Source: Tubiluchus corallicola (taxonomy: Eukaryota; Animalia; Priapulida). Taken from it: a stretch of DNA of 64,000 nt. Shown here piece by piece: positions 34,578 through 48,800 of the stretch. Every line of letters starts with the position of its first letter. The stretch's first letter is position 1. The DNA lies in contig JAQGDQ010000070.1 of assembly GCA_030141605.1 (NCBI GenBank), positions 558,001 through 622,000 of the forward strand. The letters run 5' to 3'. The position numbers were made by a program, and so were the translations under genes. Under the pieces are notes generated by a model. That model ran no database searches. It saw nothing but the letters and a program-made list of their open reading frames with translations, and was not told the origin of the DNA.

Positions 34578-35470
34578 TTACATACATACATAATCTTTAT
34601 TTAAAGTCGTGTATATTAAAGAATATTAGCCAAATAGGCTATTCATACCGACTGAAATACACTATGCTAAAAGCTTTACTGAAATAGACATGCAATATTG
34701 CTCACAATGGAAATAAAATCAAAAGGTGAAAAAACAAAGATGAAAATGGTATACTGTGCAAAATACAAAATAAAATCACACCAGCAATGATAAAAACAAG
34801 ACAGTCACAATGAACAATAGAAATATTTAAACAGGTGAGTTCCACTTAATTCTGAGAATATGTAAAGATTATGTGGAGATAAAATGATCAGAAAACACTA
34901 AAACAATGAAGATACAGAGTACTTAAAAATAATTAACACAAATTAGGTAGCCCAGCTGAGCATCTATTTACGTCCCCGCTCCATGTGTTAATTTGCCTTA
35001 AGAAATCATTATAGTTAGTGACTATGCACAAATGATTGAGCAATTCACTCCAAATTTTAGAAGCTGAATATCGAAAACTTCTTTTATGTAATTCTGTGCA
35101 TATTCTGGGAATATTTACGATGTTATCATATCGCATTTCATAAAAGCTCTGTTTCAGATTAACCATGTTATATAAGCTTTCTGGACAGAGTTCATGTAAA
35201 GTTTTAAACTCCTCTAATGCTATTAACCTTTGCCTATTTTTCACAGGTTTTTCAATTTTAGCTTTTTTAACAATGTGTTATAATCACTAAAGTAATGTAA
35301 GGCACGTTCTTGTAATTTTTCCATGACGTTCGTTGCACCGCAAAAATACCAAACTAATGGGCAATAGTTGAAATTAGAAGATAATTAGAAGACGTTGTAA
35401 AACAATAACGAAATGAAAAAAACAGTTTATGTCATTACTTGGCTAGCATTGCTCATTTCTGAAGCAGTCT
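34578..35470 (-). mobile_element. 3' fragment of a CR1/L2-group LINE, degenerate
   Basis: Minus-strand peptides SNFNYCPLVWYFCGATNVMEKLQERAL and NIPRICTELHKRSFRYSASKIWSEL are typical post-RT C-terminal LINE sequence; the 3' end has AATAAA plus an (ATGT)n tail at ~34580-34605. Confidence 0.8.
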
Positions 35471-36361
35471 GCCTAACTATAAGATTTTGTGGCTATTATA
35501 AAAGTTTTGAGTGTATGATAAATGTTTGTAAAGGAAATGACTGCAAATTAAATATGCCATTTGTAAATTTACAAATTATGGTTTTATTTAGGGGATTTTA
35601 GGTCTATTATAAAGTAGATGAATGAATTAATTTAGTCAACACTATCACCTTTTTTAAATAGAGAATGTGCCTACACTGTATTCATATTTCTGTAACATGG
35701 GAAAGTCCTTTGCGTTACTTGTGCATAATGTATCATACTTGTTCCAGTGCATGATGTAACTTCACAAAATAATACATTAACCACATCTTCTATAATGATG
35801 TACACTACAGATTTCTCCAGTCGCATCTCTGCATTTGTTTACTTAGAATGGTAGGCCACCAGATAGCTTGTGGGCAGCAAATTGCTACGCGTATTCTGTA
35901 AAAAAAATTTACAATTTCAGTGAAAATTCTATTACAAGAGTCGCAGTGAAACTATTGAATACTCGTGATTAGAACTTGGAACTAATTGTCTGGTACGATA
36001 TACACAGTGCTTATATGGACAATAAGTTTTAATGTTGCTAATAAATTTACCTGTATTAGACACAATTTATGAATGACGCAGTGCTGATAATGCCAAAATT
36101 ATGGAAGCTATCTATTTGTGGTTGGCCTAACAATACAATAATAGTGCCTGTTGATAAGATGTAGGTGTGACATTCAGCATTAGACGGGTTTAAGAAATAT
36201 CCTATAAATGCAAGTTAAATAAAACAGCTTCAAAGATCTAGTTTTACTATTATTATTACAGCAAACAATTTTTTTGTTCCATTGCCGGTGTTTTGAATTT
36301 CAGTGCTTCTGATTATGTGTGTTATGGTGGGAACTGCTTGTGTAATATTTTAAGACATAGC

Positions 36362-39300
36362 ATGGACGATGAAACTTCTAACATTGTCGCGGAGTCTGTT
36401 CTAACAAACCTTGGCGTAAACTCTACAGGTATAATTGAATGTTTTTTCTTGCATACATTTTAAAGACCAATAGAGACGATTCTTATATAAATGTAAAAAA
36501 ATTAAAATTTTGAATCTTCCCCTTTTAAATTTGTTTGGCACACTCTAACATTTATTGGTCGTTTTCTTTTATGTATTCCAAAAATAGAATTTATCACACG
36601 GTTTGCCCAAGAACCTAAACTTTCTTACTGAATGTATATGATGATACCACAGGGCTGCTCATAGAATTGTCCTTTTCTTTATTTCCACTACTGTGTTGTT
36701 GCGACATTTTTTATTTATTATGCCTATTATCATTAAGAATTATCTCCATTTTATCAACATTGATGTATCTAAATGTTTGTAGATTTCAGTACTTTAACAT
36801 TCTAAAGATCTAGATTTCTAAGATAGCAAGACATCAAGCAAGCATATGGGAAAATGGGAAAGCAAGAATAAAAATCCAAATCTAGAACATACCTAGGAAG
36901 AAGTGGGATCTCTAACAACTCTCATTAATATGTCTGAACGAATTGTGGAAAGCCCTGATAAATTCTGAAGTTATTGGGCCTTGGATTTTTTCACTGATTA
37001 CAGGTGCTGCAAATAACTAAATGTTGTTAACACACATTGCAGGTGACACAGGTGAGCTTGTAAATGTGCTGAATGATATTCTTGATAATAATGCTGGAGA
37101 TGATGATCTGGTAGCTGAGCTAAATAACGAGGAAAAGCCAGCGAAAGGTATTAATGTTTTATCCATATAATTATAATTGGGTGTTACTAGTAATTATGAC
37201 CTATAAAAGTGATTTTATATATTTTCTGACCTAGCTGTCAAAATAAAGAATCTAATTTATTATTTTTAGTCAGCAGGTTTCTCTCTTTCGATGTTTGTGC
37301 AAAAATTTGATATATATTGACATGCTAACTGTTAGATATAAGTTTTTCCATGTTAAGTATGCTGTTAAACTTACTAATTGACACATTCTTTTTCTAGTTG
37401 TTTAACTTGGCGTTTATCCAACCCTAACTTTCACCACTGAGCCACAAAATTTGCCTTCCTAAATTGCATTTAAAAAATTTATCCGAATCCTGATTCACAG
37501 TAAAAGTGTTGTAATGTGATGCAGCCTGTAAGTCCATCCCTGACGATTTTGACTGTTAAACAATGTGCTGTAGCATTTCAGTTTGTCTGTTTTTAGTCTA
37601 GTAGGCTTACTTTAATGCAAATTCAGGCTTCGTTGATGATACTTTCAAATACTTTAGTCGTCTATTTGAAACTCTTATTGCATAGAGAGCATTATAGTTA
37701 CTGCACGGAAAGCTTAAAGATCAATATTTCACAGACTTGACTAGCTGACATTGATGTCTGTTTATAAACATTGACACAGCAGCCATGGCAACAGAATCTC
37801 ATGTGACAGATTTGTGACAGTTAAGCTTTTGTTTATAGGTCTTTTATAAATTTATTGTGTTTAATCATACTGTTCCATCAGCAAGCTAGCTGTAATATTC
37901 TAATTGTATGATTTTGAAATCAGGGAAGATACCTAAAGCAAAAACCAAGAGCAGTCCCGCTAAAGCAAAGAAGGGAACATCACCTGCTGCAACAAAAACC
38001 GCATCTAGTAAGAAGCAAACAACTGAGCCGTCATCTGCTGTAGAGGGCGCTGACTCGTCCAAGAAGACAACTCCAACAAAAAAGAAGACAACTGTAATTG
38101 TTTATATTATTTAGCGAACTGAATATTAGAAATTTTGCTAGTTATAAAAGATTGCAGATATAAAACACTTTTATATAAAGGTCTTTTATATCTGCAAAAA
38201 ATACAAATCTATATATACAAAAAAATACTGTGTATTGTTTTGCCTGCTTTCTTGGTCACTTTTCTATTTAGCTTTAACTTTCAGTTTGATAAAAGTACAA
38301 AATTTTGTCTGCTTAAAATTTTGAGAAATCTATATATGGCCTTGTTTGAGTCCTGGAGAATATATATATATAGCTTGTTTATATGCATGCAAAAATTACA
38401 AACTTCTTTATTTAAATTTATAGACTGTGAAAGCTGAAGGTGTTAAAACGAAATCTGCAAGCACAGCTTCTCAAGAAATCAATATAACCATTCCTGCGGA
38501 AAATATTAAGCAAGAGCCAGGTGGCGAAAATAAACTCGCTGCATCAAAAAGTATGTGAACTGAACTTTTCATTCCCTTGATTTAAGGATGGCCAGTTTTG
38601 AAACTGTTGCAAAATAACTAATTACAATTAATAATTCAACTGGACTGTTTGTAACAGAAATATGAACAGTTTTTTAACCTTTACTGCTAAGTCAGGCATT
38701 TTTATTGTACTTGAATATTCCGGCAATCAAATTATAGCAAGCTTAGAAGGCTCCAGCTGTTTTACCTACTAGGTGTGGTGGTATGCATTTAATTACTCAC
38801 AGTGATTACTGTGATGATTTATGATATTGAAATTTTGATTTTTTAATTTAAATCAATAAATTCATCAATAAATCAGTGCATCAATAATTTCTTGATTATT
38901 GTTAATTTTTTTACTTTTCTAAAAGTATTGTTCGCTTGATTGTTGTGACATCATTTTATAAAAAGAACGGATAAAATGATATTAAATTAAAAACTATAAC
39001 TGACTTTCTAGAATCTTGTTGACAAAAATAAAATTAAAATCAACAGCTGTGTTTATTAAGATAATAAACGAATAAAATTTATTAAGCTTATAATTATATT
39101 AATTCTCTAACATAAAACATTAGCTCTTGGGTAGTATAAATGTTGCTTTTAACATTTCAGAATCTAGTGGGTCTTCATCACCAGCTCAAGCCAAGCCCCA
39201 AACGCCAAAGAAGAGTTCAAAGAAGTCTCAGTCTCGAGCGAAGTCTCCGAAAGGTTCCTCTGAGCAGTTGAGTGCCAGAGTCTTGCCTTTTAAACCTATA

Positions 39301-42300
39301 AAGCCAAAACCGACCACAGACATGCCTACAGCTGGTAAATTACACATCTGCTGTAAATCAATTTTTGAGAAAACAGTTAGTTAGCCTTGCAAATGTGGTA
39401 TTGATTTATAAGATTGATATTGATTTATTATATTGTTTGATTAAAGTTTGCGGTAAATTTTCGCTAGCAATTTTGAAAATTTATGATTAACTCGCTGTGT
39501 TGTTATTTGTTGTTAACATTTATTTTTTTCTAACTCCGTGCTAGTTTTTATAATGTTATTGATGGATTATAATGTTATTATTGTCAATAAAATACTACTA
39601 CTACTACTACTACTATCGGAATGGTATTCAGTAGCTGACACTGGAGTTTAGGAACTAATTGATACATACACTAACTGTTCCAACAGTCTCTATATTGTTG
39701 ACATTTACCTTAATTGTGGGGGTACGGTAAGCGAATGTAACTCATAAGTGCATGAAAGTAATACCGAATTGGAAAGTCTGAAAAATTTATGCCTCCCCTG
39801 GAAATCGAACCCAACACCTCCGGTTTTCCGGGTAGCTCTTCCACCTAAGGTAGATTGTCCATTGTTTGATGCTCACTTGCTCTTACAGAAGGCGATCAAA
39901 TTACTGTGAAGACTGAAGCAGCTGAAGGAGATGCAGAGGCAGCAAAGAAACAAGTCAAGGAACAAGCAGGTATTCTTCTCTTTTCTTATTTATAGTAGTA
40001 AGCAAACTGGATAGTTAGTAGTTATTGTCTGATGTATGACTGATAGTTTTACAAATCTTCAAAAAGATGACATTTTAATTTTTTTATTTTATTTTTAGTT
40101 ATTTTTATTTATTCTAGTTATAAACTTGATAAATATACCATAATGCTTATTTTCTTATGTAGTAGAGTACAGTGGTGTTAAAAGTTTCCACTTACAAATT
40201 GGTGTGAATTTTGACTAATGGGATAGCTGCAGTAAAATTCTTTTTTCCATCCCATATTTTATTGTTGTTTGTCTGAGTATTGTTGACCATTGTCATTTTG
40301 AATATTGTAAAACCATTTTGTTATTTTTACTTTTCAGTATTGAACTGTTGGTTATAAATTCCTTGTTTGTAATTATATTAGTGAAGTGAATAAATTTATA
40401 AATTGTTTGGCAACAGTATTAATCGTTTCTTTGAGTGTAGTTCCTTACAGTTTACAGTCTTGTGGATTGTTTCTGAACATTCCGCAGACCTGGATTAAAA
40501 TCACAATTGAGAATTTTTTAAAGCTTTTTTATCCTTTTAGTCCATTTAAGAGTAGTGATAAACAGTAGTTTAGTTTTCTTTTCTCACTTCCATTTTTAAT
40601 TTAATTTAACTTCCAAATAGCAAATTTAATTAATATTTGTGAACTTACAGTATTCATGTTTTGAATGTTGAGGTCGCTTCTGATATATACGAGTTTTACG
40701 TTTATTCAGCCTCGCGGAAAACAGGACAAGGTGATGCAACTTTGGACTACGATACGCGCAGTGAAGCAAGCACCTCTTCCAGTGATTCATCCAGCAGTGA
40801 ATCAGAAGGAGGTAATACACTATTTTTTAGCTTACACAAGTATTGGCTTTGCTATTATTTTGTCTTGTGCAGTAATTTCTAAAAAAATGTGTTTAAGTGT
40901 AGTAAATAAAATAAGATAAAATTTATTTATGAACAGTGATGTTGGCTGTATGGAAGACTTGTTGCAGGAATAACATCATCATTCATGATATTACCTTTTT
41001 GTATATTGTGGGATAAATAATCTTTTATTTATGTGCAAATACGATTTCCTTTATAGTTTTAGTTATCTCGTGATATCTCTGTTTAATTTGTGCAAACACA
41101 TTTATAGAAAAGTGCTTCACATCAGCTATAAAGATAACAGTTACAAGGTATTAGATAGTTCTTAATAAAAAATTTCAAAATTTGCATATTCGTATGGGGA
41201 AGCATTACTTAATACATATTAAATATGCTGCTTTTGGGCAATTTTGTTACATGTAACAATGTATTTCTTAAAAGGAAAAGCCCAGGCTTATGCAAAGTTG
41301 AGATTTAAATATTTGGAAAAAATATTAAAAACTTTCAGCCCAAAAAAGTTTAAAGCCGTTGAACAGTCCGTTAAATGAGAGATTATCAATACTATTTTTG
41401 ATTTTTCATGAAACTTGTTGCACACTGTGTAATAAAAAACAGTTACTGACGATAGTGCAGTAACCGCAGAACTCGGTTAGTCAACCCCAAAAAAGCTGCA
41501 GAATAATTATTTTAAGAGGCAAAACTCAATTCTGTAAGCTAAGTAACCTATTCTGCACCTACTTTATGCTTGCAGAATTTCATGCATGTCTGAAACACAA
41601 CAAACAATCTGTAATTTAATTATGTACAGTGCTTACAGTATTTTGATGTGTAATCCCTTATTGTATGATGTATGTAGGCTACGTCATCTAGCTGTCCCAT
41701 TGCATATTATTTACTCTTACGGTTTTCTTTTTACTTATTTTAAATATTTTGTATACTGTCTGGGATTTATTTAACAAGACACCCACTGCCTACCTAAAAT
41801 TTGAAAAAAATTGCTACCTAGCAGTATTATCACTTAAGTGGTCAGCATTTTATCCTTTGCCAGTAACAGCTATTGTTTTTTTTTACATCTACTTGATTGA
41901 CCTACCGGTGCATTCAATGTGGTACAGTTTATACAATTTGTATCTACATTTTTGCCTCATTTGTGCCACAGCAATCGATCAGTTTTTCCGTGCGTGCTTC
42001 TACAGAATCATTAATTCATTTTTTGAATACTCAAGGATCTCTATAAGCAATTCTGTCAGGTCAAATACATGAGATCATACCTGGGATGTTCTGCAGATTT
42101 AGATTTTAACATTACCTTGTCGTATTTTAACGGAATGTTCGTAGGCCCGACTAATGCGTGGACAACTATGTGATGTGTATGGTTAATGAGTTTAGGATAA
42201 TAGCTTTTAATAGTTTTAAAAAGGTATTTTCTTTCACAAAAAAGAATTTTTTTTAACTGAAGTCTCTGCTGATAATAATTTTTTGATGAGAGGTTTTTAT

Positions 42301-42816
42301 TGCTCAGTGGAATTTTTCAGCAGTTCTTTTAGAACAATATCCTAGTCACCTATTGATCGAATTAAGAATTTCCCAGTTAAAACAACCAAACAGTTATTGC
42401 AGTTTGGCTAATATTATTTTCTTGTCTTTGGAGAATATGAAGAAATAGATGGTAACAATGAGTCAAAGAGAAAGAGAGCCCACAGTCCGATTGTTTTTGA
42501 TGCTAAAAGCAGCAGCGACTCTGATGATTCTGACGATGAAGGTGCGGAAGATGGCAAATTGCCAGGTGAGTCAACTTGTGTATGAAATTACGTACATTTT
42601 TCAGGTACCAGTGATAATAATCTATACTTTGAGGCTTAGCCAACCTAAGAGCATGATAGATTACCAATGCTTTTGAATGTATGAAAGTACAGAATTAGAA
42701 ATTAGAAAAACACGTAAATGAACATCTCGCTGAGAATATGATTCAGGTGAATTTGGAATACAGCAGCATTTTTGAGGGTTTGCAATTATGACTTATAAGA
42801 AGTGATTGTCAAATAT

Positions 42817-42848
<32 letters not shown>

Positions 42849-45800
42849 TGTATGTATGTATGTATGTATGTGTATGTGTATGTATATATCAAATACATTT
42901 TCCAAACATTATGTCCTTTCTCTGCTCTTTTTTCTTTTAATGCCTGATAACAAAGTAATTTGTATCGTTTTGTTACATGTTAAATCACAGAGACAGAATA
43001 GAATGCATCCCTTTTGGAGAATGAAATCAATAAACAAAATGGTTTTTAATTAGTTTCTAGCATAATTATTATACTATAATATTATTATAATATAATATTA
43101 TTATACTATACTAGAATAATTATGTAACACCGCTTACAATAAAACAGTTGAAATTAATTTCTGTGCAGAACACTAAGATCATGAATAACACAGACAAAAA
43201 TAATAGAGCACATTACAAATAGTATTTAATATTACTATTGCTAAATTTAGATTTAGATTTATTCCTAGATTTCAGTGCTAGATATCACAATGCACAAGTA
43301 ATGAACACAGTGTAAGCAGCAGTTACAGAACGTATACACATGAAAATCAAAAGCACAAAATTCACACTGCAGAAATGTCTTATCATTTTTCACATCTGGA
43401 CCCATTTTCCCTGCAGGTGGTCTTATTGAAACTTGCTACAACATGCAAATCATTCTACAGCATGTGGATGTTTAACAGAAATTACTAGAACTGTCGGGAC
43501 AATCACTATGCAACAATGTTGTGTGGGCGTGTGACGTCACTCATTTAAATTTATCAGTGAAGCATGGGCTCGTAGCAATTTACTAACATAATTTTAGTAC
43601 AGTTATGTGCAATTATTTATGTCCCATCTACAACTTTTCTATTATAATTTGCTTCTCTTACTTCTAGAGAAGCGGATTAGGGTGGATCCTAACAGTGAAC
43701 GGGGAACCGGAATGAAATACCTGTTCCGTGACACTGCCTACTTCTTGATCAAAAGCAATAATTACGAAAATGTTTCCCTAGCAAAGGCTAAGGTACGTGT
43801 TCGACAGCTTTAGAAACATTTCTTTTAGTGTATTTTTTCAACATAGTTTTTCAACATTTAGCAAAACAATATTTATAATGACTTTTAACTTTCCGTGTAT
43901 TTAATCCGCATTCTCTTCATGATTGTAAGACTTTTATGATATCATTTTGCATAATTTTTTAATATCTAAATAGCAGATATTTATAATAACGGTAATAATA
44001 TTTAAATTACGGTTCACCAATTGAATTTTAATTTCTTGGGTTTCTTTTAGGCTGTTTGGTCAACACCTCCTCAAAACGAAGCCAAGTTGAACAAAGCATA
44101 CAAGGAATGTCGCAATGTGATTCTCATATTTTCTGTAAAAGAAAGTGGGAAGTTTCAAGGTTGTTCTTCAATTTTTTCTGTAGATTAACAGCAGAATATT
44201 ACAGCCAATTTCACTTTTTTTCTAATTCTCACAACAAGTTCACTGTTTTCATTTGTTCCTTGCTACTTATTGCAATCTTCTGATTATTTAAAATCTCTCT
44301 CTGTCTCTCCCCTCTCCCTCCCTCTCACTCTCTTTTCCTCTCTCCCTCCCTGCCCTATTTCGCTTTGTCCCTGACTCTCATGCGTGTCCATTTCTCTTTC
44401 AGGTTTTGCTCGGCTGTGCAGTGGATCTCGACATGACATTCCGCCTCCTCAGTGGGTCCTACCTCCAGGCATGAATGTTCGGCAGCTCGGCGGAGTGTTC
44501 AAACTCGACTGGGTCAACAGGTCTTTATCGTTCAAATACCAGTTTCTGCAGTACTAACATTGCAGTACTTAAATACCTTAAATGACACGCGTAACAACAA
44601 TTCTTCTTTTATGTCTTCGAATCAAGCTATTTTATATTTAACGTGTTCTATGTTTTAGGAGAGAGTTGCCGTTTTCAAAAACGTTGCATCTTCACAATCC
44701 ATGGAATGAATACAAGCCTGTTAAAATAGGGAGAGATGGGCAGGTAATATTAATTATTGTATTGTGTTGAAAGCTTTACTTAAAACCTTTAGAAGTCTGA
44801 ATTTATCTCTGATCAATTTTGAATTTAGTGTATAAATTGCCATGTCTTAAAGGTTTGTTATTGTGGATTTTCTTGGTTCTTGGTAGTTCAATCTAAATAT
44901 ATATCAGTAAGTAAACACACGAATATTACCACAGTTTAGCTAAAAAGGAAAATGCTTAATTTATAATAAGTAAAGTATGTATTATAAAAATATCTGCTTA
45001 AATGTTAGTGCTCGTCTTAACCTATAAAAAAGATTTCGAAAGAGTTCTCATTATCTAAATATAATCATAATGAGTGGCTGCATTTTCACTGTGCTTTTTA
45101 GGAATTAATTATTTGGTTAAAATTTATCAGATAATTAATGAATCATCGCTAAACATCAATAAAGCCTAACACACATGAGGAATTTGATTTCCATGTGTGC
45201 TAGACAATTAAAAGTCAGTAAGTCATGTCAGTGCAGTGCGGACAACACTGCATTTACTGTAATTTACTATCACAACAATATTAATACTGTTCTTGGCGTC
45301 ACATTCTTAATACAGTAGTTGTTTTAGAACCATCATTCTTCCTACATTTTTGTAGTGATAACTACAATGTTAGTAGAGTGCATTTATTGAAAGACCATTG
45401 TTATTACAATTAGTTATCAAATTGTTAGCATACGAACTTATTCTTATTGCAATGTCTTTTTCTTATTCTGGTTTATCAAATTTGCTTATTTTGGAAATTT
45501 TTACGCACACAATTAAATACATTTTCAGGAAATTGAACCGTTTTGTGGCGAGGCACTGTGTAGACTGTTTGCAGTTGATGAAACGATCGACATGGCTAAC
45601 ATTTCACGAAAGGCCAAGCACAGTCGCAAGGCAGGTCCGAATCCGATTCCGCCTCAACGCATGGCAGAGAGACGGCGATACCGGGATGTACCACCTAGGT
45701 TAGAACTTTTACCGCCAGGAGGCTAAATGGCCGTGAAAAGTGCTGTTACATCTGTGCATGAAACGTGCCTTTGGTGTGGCATTTGTGAAACGTATGAGCA

Positions 45801-48800
45801 CGTGATTGGTGCTCATTCATTTAAAGTGTCTGAAGTGCTAAAAGAAGGCACAGTTTGGCATCGTGCCAATTGTGCGAAGCCCTGTTTCTGTCAATGAAAT
45901 AATTTGTGTTTTTTTCTCTTGTGAAATATCAATTATTTTTCCAGAAAGGTGCTAGATATCTACATCATTATGAGTATTCAAAAAAGAACTCCTTTTCCTG
46001 GACATTCTTGACTTCAAATTCAGCAAAATGTGAAAAAAGGGACTTATTTTGGACCTTTCCGTTTGGACTACCCACAGTTATTATGATTCCATGGTTTTTA
46101 TTTGTGTTAAACATTTTGTGTGTGATGTGCAAGAGGGTGGGTGATTTAAAATATCGCAGAGGAACTACATACCTTGTGAATGATGCAGTTCTTGGTGGGA
46201 AACGAGCTACCTACGTGAGCTGATTGGTCATCATGCCCATGAAAGGATTGTTCTTGCTTAGTGCATTGCATTGGACTTTAGCTCCTTTGCTCATATACTT
46301 TAAAATCACCTGTGAGAAAACGTCCTTTAATTTGATATAAAATTGCGAGCTTTGCTGCCTCTTGCCAAAGCTTATTTTTGCTTAAATCCCAGTGAAGTTT
46401 AGAAGCTTTTCTAATGCTATGACCCTTTTCAAGTAAAAGACTATAAAAAATTTTGGTGGCGCTATTGCCCTTTAGTAGCTGTGTACATCTTATAACACAC
46501 ACAGAAGGCATAAGTCAATCACTCTCTGGACTGACAATCAAACAATAAAAAAATTAGAACTGATTTTACCTTTGACCAGTAAGGTGATTCTTGGCAGACG
46601 TACGTGAGTTTTGTTTTGTCGTAATCTAATAACAGGTAACAAGTGTTAATTCAGGGAGACTCTGCTGAAGTTTTTGGAGAGCAGAAGTTTTTCAACTGTG
46701 TGTATCGCTGGAACAAGACTGTCTGGGGGTTTATACTTTTTTCTAATATAGGATTTGTTGCTAGAATCTAATGGTACCATTTAATATACTATCTTCTCTA
46801 GCTAATTATACATATTAGGGGTACAGTTCTGATAATCACTGTGTTGTCTGCTAACACTATACAAATACTGCTCTAGAAACCAGATAAGCTTCTATGTAAT
46901 CGCGACTGCTATGCAGTTACTTAAATTTGATAAGATGGAATTTATTTTCTGCTTTTAAGAAATGTGGACTTTTATCTGTATAATGTCAGAATAATGTCCG
47001 CAATTATTGAATTGTCGAGTCTAAACTTGACTGGAAGGGAAGAAATGTAAATAACTCAAGGCTGAGACTGGATTTGAACCAGTGACCTTTGAATTACAAG
47101 TCTGATACCATGATGACACAGCCCCTTTTGATTATAGCAGGTCTTAATTCGAACTCAATAGCTCACTGACGAATACAGCATTTTCAGGTGTTAATTTACT
47201 TACGCCATTGAGTACTTTGATTTTAGCTGCAGAATGTCAAACTGTCCTAAAAAAATCAAGGGGCTGTGTGGCATAGTTGTTGTGACATTGTACCTGTATT
47301 CTAAATGCCGCTGGTTCAAATCCATGTGCTGTCCCGACTTCACATTTCATTTCTTCCAGCGATATTTGGCTTCAGCAGTTGCGGGTTCATTTTATCAATA
47401 ACTAAAATTGAGATTATGAATAATTTTTACAAGATTGTCAAGCTAGGGTGCTAACACACTATTAACTCTTCTTCCCTGAATTTTTTTGACAATTTCATTT
47501 CACAGCTGTCAGCTAAATGCAATTGGATGTGTGTTAGTCCTGTTTAGATCTTCTGGTATAAGCTTTCAAAAAACTATTTAAATCACTAGCAGTCAAAATG
47601 TCACTCCACTTATTTTGTATTAATTTAATAGATACATTAATGCTCAAGTTTAAATGTAACCCTTGAACACTTGGCTGTTTCAGGCGCGGCTTTTCCAGGG
47701 ATTTTGACCGATCTCGAAGAGGGCGTGGCAGCGGTGACTTTGGTCCAGTGCGTGAAGGTGTCTATAACACTGTGCTATAATAAAAAAAACTATAGCTTGC
47801 TACGTGCTGAAAACTTTTTTTGATTTTTTTAAATCTTTTTCGTGAATTTGTTTTGCCTTTTTTTCATCATTTTATTGTAATTTACTTCAATATTTAACAT
47901 TACTCGTTGCAGTTCTTTACTCAGAAGACTAATCGTATCAAGATTCCAGCAACTTAAAATTACTTGAAGCTAACAATTCTTATTTTGTACGAATTTGGAA
48001 CTCTTTCGTGTTGTGTTTTTTATTAATTTGATTGTTAACAATGCTATTGTCTTCACTGAACAAAAAACAACTTACAGTATATTAGTGAACGAAAAATTGT
48101 AGTTTGTCACTAGTGAGAAAAAAATGCAACACACCATCAGATTGTAAAGTTTCTTTGATCGTTTTTCCATGATTGTACAACATGTAATCTTATAAAATTA
48201 TTTTCAAAGGTCGAGGCCCACCGCCATTCCGGGACATCCGAAGAGACAGAGGGTATGATATATTAGTAGTTTACTGAACAGCTATTCTGTGTTGCATAAC
48301 TTTTCAGACTCAAGAATATCTAATAAGTTCACACTATAGATTTTAATTCTATGTGCAAATTGTATGTTTGGCGCTTTTGATATCATTCATACTTGTGCAT
48401 TGCATAGTAATGTGCATGCAAAAAGTTACCAATGTTATTTTGTCCATCACTCGGCTAGTTTTGCGCTTAAAAATTTACACAATATTGCAAACAAAACTCA
48501 GACATTAAACATAATTCTTAACAGTTTAAAATTTGTTTACTATGTTCAAAATGACAAGATTTCGTCGGTTTAAATTTCTATTTGTGTATGTTTGTCAAGT
48601 GCGCATATGTTAAGATAGAAAAAGAAGAGAGCATTTGACAGTGCACAGTCCCGCTGGCTTGCAAGTTTGAAAGTTAGCAAAAGGCAAGGTTTTGGTCAAT
48701 TTTTTTGTCCAATCACTAAGAATCTAAGCGACTGAAAAAAGGTTGAACTACAGAACGGGTTATAATGAGCAAATTGTGCATTGCGTAGCGCCTGTACGTG

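Noticed and set aside
34933-35244. 103-aa minus-strand ORF as a host gene
   Set aside because: It is a fragment of a frameshifted LINE ORF2.
37634-37748. TGATGA...CTGA in a YTHDC1 intron
   Set aside because: No flanking stem or internal C'/D' boxes; expected by chance.
45906-46223. 105-aa intronic ORF as a nested gene
   Set aside because: GTG start, no recognisable motif, and not in the frame entered from the upstream exon.
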